Below, piece after piece: positions 51,594-59,597 of a DNA stretch of 59,597 nt (positions are counted from its first letter, which is position 1; each line of letters starts with the position of its first letter). The notes below the pieces were generated by a model, which was given only the letters and a program-made list of their open reading frames with translations, made no database searches and was not told where the DNA came from. The position numbers and the translations under genes were made by a program. Origin of the DNA: Octopus bimaculoides (taxonomy: Eukaryota); NCBI RefSeq assembly GCF_001194135.2, contig NC_068999.1, forward strand, positions 11,030,705 through 11,090,301, given 5' to 3'.

Positions 51594-53461
51594 GCTTTAA
51601 TAGAAATTGTCTACAATGGCGATTAGTTTTTAACTAATCATACATACACAAATAAGAAAAGAAAAAAAAAGAAAAAGAAAAAGCACAAGTGTACACAAAT
51701 ACATTTAAAAAATATTAGGTAATTAGTTAAATAATATTATGAACAGAACATAAAGGTATCGCCACATTATAAATAGCTCAAAGAAAGGTGAAATTTTATA
51801 GAAGAGAAAGAAAAAAAAATGGTTCTTTATAATGTCATGTTATGTATATATTTTAGTTATTTATATTTTATTTTGTTTTCAGTAAGAACTATCACCTCGA
51901 AAGCACTGCGACTAATAATCAAAACCATCTTTTCCCTGGAGAATCAATCTTCTCACAATAGTTGAAAGCCAGATATTTTGAAATCTTGTGCTGAAATTGG
52001 TTAAACATAAGAAAACACAAATAAATATATATATCAAATGCTTTTTCTTTTTGTAATTTGTGTATTTGACTATGGAGTATGTATGATAGCATTATAGTGT
52101 ATGCATATAAGTCTTTTTGACTATGGTGTATGAGTAATTTTTAAAAAAATTATCTCTACTTTTTTCCTGTGTCAATGTGTGAGTATTTGTGTGTGGGTTT
52201 TATCTCGCTTTATACGCATATTCATCTATAAGCAGAAGCATCGACCTTTTTACCAAAAAATGCTTTGTGCTATTATTCTATTTAGCAAGGAACCCCATTT
52301 TCCCATAAAAGGCGATTTGTCTCTTTTGTTTTAGCACTTGCGTGTATAATACGCATAGACGGAATGTGTGAGTGTCTGTATGTATACCGTGGATATGCAT
52401 ATCTTCCAGATGGGAGGCACAACTTGTGCCCATATTTTGGTGTGCTTATGCGACTACACACACACAAACACATATATATTGTAAACTGAAATGTATGTGT
52501 GCGTATGGGATTGAAAGTTTTTGTATGTATTTATGAAGAATGAAAGAATGTTGGCGGGGGGTTTTCTGGCGTGAAACAAAGCAAAAAATTCCTCGTCAAA
52601 TTCAAATCTGACCTTAAAAAAAAAATAATGGAAAAAGAAAGGAATTTGTTTTTTTTTTAAATTTTTATTATTTATCAAAAAATAAGGCCTAAATCAGGAA
52701 TGGTTGTAAAAATAAACCAACATCATCTTAAACATATACATCCGATTTTTCATACATAAACATACACGAAACGTTACAACCTTTAATAAAACAATTCACA
52801 GAACAGAATAATAAAACAAAATTAAACCGCAAACATGAGGACAAATACATCATATGAAATGTAACAAAAATGACAGAACATAACAATGAGATAAGCGAAA
52901 CAATAGGATGTGCCTTCTATACATCTCAAAAAAGCAATATTTAATGATGTAAATGCTGTTGTAGTTATGATTGTTGTTGGTATAGTTATTGGTGTTGTTT
53001 CTGATGTGTTATTGGTGATGTTATTGTTTGTACATAATTTACTTTTATTTGTTAATTTATTATTTATGTTTTCCCTGTATTGTGTTTGTATTGCTAAGAT
53101 AGATATGCGGTTTCAGTTCTGGAGTAGAAAGAATGGCTTCCTTTTCAAGAAGACAAAATTTACTTCCTGACCAGCATGAACGATACAGTATCGCATTTCA
53201 CTGCTTTCTCTCGTGCGTTTTTTATAAGTTGCCATTAGTATTACTGTTCTTTGGAGAGGCGAGGTAGCATGATTATTTGAACATTTTCTTTCATTTTATC
53301 GCTTTAGGCTTTATAAAATAGAGTTTCTCACAAATACGAGAATCGACTAAATGAACTAACGCCCTCCTCCAGCCGAAATATAGTTTCTTGAATCTATATC
53401 AGAAATAATTATTGGAAATAAAATGTCAAATTTGCGATGAGGAATCCGAGCGAGCTTGTCA

Positions 53462-53819
53462 AAATCGATTTCAAGATTTGGCACAAGGACAGTAATTCTT
53501 GGGGAGCGTGTAAGTCGATTACAACGACCCCAGTGCTCAACTGGGACTTACTTTATCAAGCCCAAAATGATAAAAGGCAAAGTCGATCGAGATGCTGCTA
53601 AGTATTTTGACAGTGTACTAATAATTATTTTCTACTGTAGGCACAAGGCCAGTCGAATAGATCAACCCCAGTACGCAACTAGTACTTGATTTATCGACCC
53701 TGAAATGATAAAAGGTAAAGTCGACCTCGGCGGAATTTGAACTCAGAACTTAACAGTAGACGAAATACCGCTAAGCATGTCACCCGGCGTGCTAACGTTT
53801 CTGCTAGCTCACCGCCTTA
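53462..53819 (-). mobile_element. Head-to-tail SINE B dimer flanked by an 11-bp direct repeat
   Basis: cgagcttgtca at 53451-53461 and 53820-53830; young monomer about 53625-53819, headless older-looking monomer about 53462-53620. Confidence 0.85.
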
Positions 53820-54067
53820 CGAGCTTGTCACTATTTGAATTTGGAAATGCATGGTGAGAACTCACTTGCTAATTCCCACAGCCCATTTATTCAGACATCC
53901 CTTCTCCCTGTTTCAACCACACTTTCTATTATCTAAATATTCTCCCAGTGACTTCAACATGTAAGGAAGTGAAATCACGATATGACGTATTTTAGTCTTT
54001 GTTAAAGTAACTATTCTAGAAGTGGTCTTCCTTTACTACGTTCATTTCTGACACTTTGCATATTCCG

Positions 54068-54238
54068 TACCGGCATTTCGTCCATCCTTACGTTCTGAGT
54101 TCAAATTCCTCCGAGGTCTACTCTTCCTTTTATCCCTTGGATGTCGATAAAATAAATACCAGTTGAACACTGAGGTTGACTTAATTGATTTAACACCTCC
54201 CCCGAAATGGCTGGCCTTGTGTCAACATGTGAAATGAA
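54068..54238 (+). mobile_element. SINE family B, 5'-truncated
   Basis: tacgttctgagttcaaattcctccgaggtc...gtcgataaaataaataccagttgaacactg. Confidence 0.8.
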
Positions 54239-55649
54239 TAGTTTATCTTAATCATGTTTCTTCTAAATAAATTTTGATTCGTTATCGGAGTATAGAAAGA
54301 CGTAACAGAGAAAATACATAAAATATTCATTTCAAAAAGAAACAAATTTTTTAAAGTATTTATTAACATTTTGTTTTGTTATTATGTAGCCTTGCACACA
54401 GTTTAATTTTGACTTCAAAGCACCACAGCATCATATATGACGTCTATTGCGTTAGATAGATCTAATCAGAAAGAAAATGTAGAATACCTTTCCACACAAA
54501 CTTCATCGAAGTACACATAAGCTCTGAACTTGCATACACTTCAGTATTTCGGACACTCCAGTATTTCGACCAACATTTTTTACTTTTTTACTGGAATAAA
54601 AGAGTACAATTTAAGATTAAAAAATAAGTGGGAATCATTAATTGCAGAAATTTTTTAGAAGTAACCACATCATTTGTCTCCTAGATTTTAAAACCTCTTG
54701 TTCAATTAAGAGGGTAGTTATTTTATACACCGCAGGGTAGAAAAGTTAAAATTGTGGTGATGAGGTGTGGTGTGGCGTTCTGTATTGGGGTACGGAGATA
54801 CACTCGATGTTGCGATAAGAAGCCAATTCGACTTTGACAATTGTCAAATTTGGGTATGTAAGTTAGCGAGTCACTTGTCAATATTTCAGCCCATTGTAAT
54901 CTTACGTCCTGTCACCATGTCACAGTCACGCCTTTTGTTGTTCAGATTGTGCTTGCAGATTCAAGGTATCGTATAAGGAGGGGTTTGCTACTCATTAGTT
55001 TTCTGGCAGTTGACAATATTATTGCTGTTGTTATTGTGTGCGATGTTGTTGTAGCCGTTGTCATACGTATGGTCGACGCTATTCTTTACGCTGTTGAAAT
55101 CTTTTTTGTTGTTTAGGCTAAAATTTAATCACGGAGGAAGGGCAGCGGATCGGATAGTGGAATCATTAGAAAATTAGACAAATTGCCTTGCGGTATTTAG
55201 TTACGACTCTGGATCTTGAGTTCAACTCCCACAAATTCCCATTTGTAATTACTCGATAAACTAAAATACCAAAATAGAATTTGGGAGGATTTTGATGAAA
55301 ATACGAACCCCCACATCGAATAAATAAATCAGTCAATAAATATATATAGATAATAATAATGTTCGAGGTCCTTAAACAATGATAGAATTGGATGCTGAAG
55401 AGGAGTAAAGCGGTAGGAATATTACTACGCGTGCTTGGGAAATTGCTTTTAACAGTTTCTTTGCGGTAATGTACCTTGGTGTTTAGAGTTTAAATCCCAG
55501 ACGTGCGAACTTTATATGTAACAATCCTGACGAGCATAAATAAGTATAAACTAATATCCGGTATATAATTAGACGTCTGCAACTTCTCTCAACGTGTGCT
55601 CTCTACACTAGAAGTCTAGAAGTGAATATTAATAATGTGGTGTCGCAAT

Positions 55650-55717
55650 GGCCCAGTGGTTAGGGCAGTGGCTAGGGCCCAGTGGTTAGGGCCCAGTGGT
55701 TAGGGCCCAGTGGTTAG
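55650..55717 (+). repeat. Tandem 14-bp repeat (GGCCCAGTGGTTAG) derived from the SINE C A box
   Basis: Four perfect units and one 12-bp degenerate unit; the first is preceded by cgcaat, as in the SINE at 58401. Confidence 0.9.
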
Positions 55718-55774
55718 GCAGCAGAACAGCACCGATCAAATCTACCAACATTGGGCTTAATATAACCAATAATA

Positions 55775-56323
55775 TATTCTTTCCTACCCTAGGCAAACGG
55801 CCCGATGTTTTGGGGGAGGAGGCCATTCGATTAAATCGACGCTAGTGCGCAACTTGTACTTAATTTATCGATCCCGAAAGCATGAAAGGCAAAGTAGACT
55901 TCGGCGGAATTTGAACTCAGAACGTAAAGACAGATGAAACACCACTAAGCATTTCGCCCGGCGTGCTAACGTTTCTTATTTCTTTATTGCCCACAATGGG
56001 CTAAACATAGAGGAGACGAAAAAGGACAGACAAAGGGATTTAGTCGATTACATCGACCCCAGTGCGTAACGGGTATTTAATTTATCGATCCCGGAGGATG
56101 AAAGGTAAAGTTGACTTTGGTGGAATTTGAACTCAGAACCTAGAGACAGACGAAATACCGCTATTTCTCCCGGTGTGCTAATGCTTCTGCCAACTCACCG
56201 CCTTGAGAAGGATGAAAGGCAAAGACGACCTCGGCGGTATTTGAACTAGGAATTTAAAGAGAGAAGAAATGCCGCTTAGCATTGAGCCAGGCATGCTAAC
56301 GTTTCTACCAGCTCACCGTCTTA
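55775..56323 (-). mobile_element. Head-to-tail SINE B trimer
   Basis: Monomers at about 55775-55971, 55972-56204 and 56206-56323, all on minus. Confidence 0.88.
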
Positions 56324-56744
56324 CATAAGAAATAATAGTAATAAGAAAGACTGTGGAATAGAGTATTGGGAAAGATGACTTACGATATTTATTTATGTGT
56401 GGCTACGTTCTGAGTTCAGGCCTCTCAAAGGTATGAACTTTACACCTGATCGTTTTCCGAATACATATAATAGATATTAGCCAAGTCTGCTTTTCATACG
56501 TCACCACATCGATCAATGACACCTGGCGACTTCTTTTCACAAATGGAATGCGCTTTACCTGAGTCCTATGTGTAAGAATTCAAAAATATGTTTTCTTCAC
56601 ATATGCTTTTTACAAGTCACCATCTTGAAAGCTACAAACATTGGAGTCTATGAAATCGATACCAATTTAGGCAAAAAAAGTGTTGCCCTGTCCCTGAATT
56701 GTATATCCATATGAATCTTAAAAATAGGCATAAATTCTAAGATC

Positions 56745-57047
56745 AAATTCAACCGAAGTCTAATTTGCATGTCATCATATCCGAGTCGATAAAATAAATG
56801 CCAGTTGAACATTGGAGTCGCTGTAAATTGACAAGCCGCCTCCCTCAAAATTGGTGGTTTTGTGTCAGAATTTGAAACCAATATTCATTAAAACTTTTAG
56901 AACAAAGACAGTAAATTTGCGGGAGCGGGTAAATTGATTACATCCACCAGAGTGCTCAACTGGTACTTATCTAATCGACTCCGAGAGGATGACAGGCAAT
57001 TTTGACCTCGATGGAATGTGCTAATGTTTCCGCCAGTTAGCCGCTAA
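56745..57047. mobile_element. Two old SINE B fragments, tail to tail
   Basis: gagtcgataaaataaatgccagttgaacattgg (+); gtgctcaactggtacttatctaatcgactccgagaggatgacaggc (-). Confidence 0.65.
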
Positions 57048-58400
57048 TTTGAAAACGATATTTAACATAAAAGTCACTTTCAAGCGGGAGTAATTTGAGA
57101 AATTGGGACATGTTTTCGCTACTTGTTTTGGGTTCTTATATAATTGTAGGTAGCCATAACTGTAGTGCAGCTATTATTGTCCTAATCCACTACACGATTT
57201 TGTTTTTACAAATATTATTTTCCGCTTCAGCCAACAATGCCCTTGTAGTTTAGTCTAGGTCAGTTGTGATCGAACACATCAATAATCACGACCATTCCAA
57301 CTATGAGCAATTTGCATATTCATTTCCAATCTCTTCATAGGTGTCTCTGAAACTTCCATGCTATTGGAACACCGAGAAGAAGGAATCCTAAAACCCAGAC
57401 TTGGCTACTCCTTCCAGCAGAGCAAATAATCATGTAGAAGTTATACGTTGTTATCCAGTGTTCTGCTCGGCTTATATTTTTTAACCACGGGTTGGCCATT
57501 ATAGAACAAACTGATGATTAAAAAGAAGCCACTTGCCTCTGCGGAACCCATGAGGACATTATCCAATTGTCCAGCAACTGACAACCACCTGATTTAGTTG
57601 CTTTTTCTAAATGTTTTCGGAAGAACATGTTCCTCACTCTGACTTAATTTATTTTATTAAAATCTTCATTAATGGTATTTTTATTACATTTACTGCTGAC
57701 AATAATAGATTATTTATTATTCTTCTCATATGATCAGTATTTCAATTAAGCTTAGGTTGCATTTGAAATCCGCAAAAAAGAACTATGGAAATTTAAACTC
57801 GTTGAAAAAACAGAAAGTAAATACTGCATATTGATCAAACATCCTCCTTGAGACTAAGAAGAAGGCTTGTAAAAATTCTGGTTTGCATCTTCACACGAAT
57901 GCTGCGTAGCAATTTTCAACGTGGCTTGGAAACAACGCCGGGAATCATCTTTGATGATACCCGGGGTTATTTTGGATTACTTTTCCTAAAATGCAGCCGC
58001 CATGTTAGAAACAAGAGTTCGCTTTGTTGGATATTGCAAGAGAAATAAGGAAGATCTGATTAGTGATACCGCAATTTCGGACAGCGTGAGGCAGTCGTAA
58101 TCACATTAGTCGCCTTGCAAGGACGTACATCATTCATTTCAAAGATGACGCTAGATGTGTGACCAATAGGAAATATAACCATGAAATATAGAGACGTCCG
58201 GGTATTGGAGCAAGGTCATGCGAATTCGAGCAAACACAACACGGTGATGAAGATGATAAGCTTTGTTTATCCTTTTGTCATTGCCATTGTTTCGTCTTGG
58301 CATTATAAATAATATCATTGCTATCTATACAATAATAACACTAATATTAGATAAGAAGGCCGTTTTAATGGTGTTTAGTTTAGTTTAGTGTTGTCCGAGT

Positions 58401-58779
58401 GGACGCGCAATGGCCCAGTGGTTAGGGCAGCGGACTCGCGGTCATAGGATCGCGGTTTCGATTCGCAGACCTGGCGTTGTGAGTGTTTGTTGAGCGAAAA
58501 CACCTAAAGCTCCACGAGGCTCCGGCAGGGTGTGGTGACGAGCCCTGTTGTACTCTTTCACCACAACTTTCTCTCGCTCTTACTTCCTGTTTCTGTTGTG
58601 CCTGTAATTCAAAGGGTCAGCTGCGTCACACTGTGTCACGCTGAATATCCCCGAGAACTACGTTAGGGGTACAAGTGTCTGTGGAGTGCTCAGCCACTTG
58701 CACGTCAATTTCACGAGCAGGCTCTTCCGTTGATCGGATCAACTGGAACCCTCAACGTCGTAAGCGACGGAGTGCCATC
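58401..58779 (+). mobile_element. tRNA-derived SINE family C (OR1/OR2-like), full length with target-site duplication
   Basis: A box tggcccagtgg, B box ggtttcgattc; tail shared with family D; TSD ttgtccgagt at 58391-58400 and 58784-58793. Confidence 0.9.
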
Positions 58780-59597
58780 AGTCTTGTCCGAGTTGAGCAC
58801 TCACATTTTAACGTTCAGTCATCCCGCGTTCTTAATAGTATAGAATACTAAATTTTAGAAGGTACCTTTCCCTTTATTGAAAATATCATATATATTAAGA
58901 TTTAGGTTATATTTCTGGCAAGTAGCAGCACCACTTAGAGTCTCCTCGTGATATAGAAGTCGTAGCAGCGATAGTAATTTGCGTGAAAGAACAGCTGTAA
59001 TGGCGAAGTGTGAAGCGAAGGAAAGACGAATTATAAATTAGCACTGGCCTCTAGTGAATATTGCAGAAACGTAATTGTGACGGCGATGAAGGCAGTTGTA
59101 TACGTGTTGGTGATGGTCGTTAGAGTGTTAGTTTGAGATGATATAGTGAAGAAGAATTTTATGAATACAATAAATATTAATTGCCATCGAAGTAAACGGT
59201 GTCATGAGTAAAAATTGCCACTTGATAAGAGGGTGGAGTTCGGATGATGGAAATGAAAATAATGATGATTATTCAGATGTCCTCATTGTTGTGGCTTGCC
59301 ATGGTCGTAGTGGATTGACTGAGTCTTATGCGGTAAATGAAATGTGAGGAGAGAGACGGTAGAATAACCGGAGAGCGGTGGATTAAATAGCATGGATATA
59401 GTATTTAGTACTGTCACATTGAGATCATCATCTCACAGTGCGATGTGTGCGGTACGGGATCGAAACGTGTTCGTTGCAATGGTAAATAAGTAATAATAAG
59501 AAATTCGCAATTATAAGAATAATAATAGTAATACTAATACAGTGGTTATACATACATACATACATACATACATACCTACATATATATATATATATAT

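Noticed and set aside
57310-57323. ATTTGCATATTCAT, an octamer/MORE-like POU site
   Set aside because: Single AT-rich motif abutting what looks like an old repeat; no supporting context.
58401-58470. tRNA gene
   Set aside because: No acceptor-stem closure; continues into a SINE body flanked by a TSD.

Overview
AT-rich, repeat-dense eukaryotic DNA, most likely a coleoid cephalopod (Octopus-like). The taxon call rests on recognising the tRNA-derived SINE families and the microsatellite load, not on a database search. There are 17 N-gaps, most flanked by microsatellites, as expected for a short-read assembly. No host protein-coding gene can be confidently called, and nearly all ORFs in the track are translations of microsatellites or gaps. 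Supportable content: about 30 SINE copies or fragments from three to four families; a Penelope-like element (GIY-YIG endonuclease relic plus an inverted terminal segment); two 3' fragments of an R4/Dong-like RLE LINE inside (TAA)n tracts; a mariner transposase relic and a mariner MITE; a Chapaev3-like transposase relic; a 300-bp foldback element; and enhancer-like motif clusters in unique sequence. The most interesting signal is the inverted Penelope segment (43641-43905, minus strand), which carries a tRNA-like Pol III promoter (A and B boxes) followed by an intact minimal hammerhead ribozyme. A second, unrelated hammerhead-like motif lies in an inverted-repeat element at 47.6-48.0 kb.
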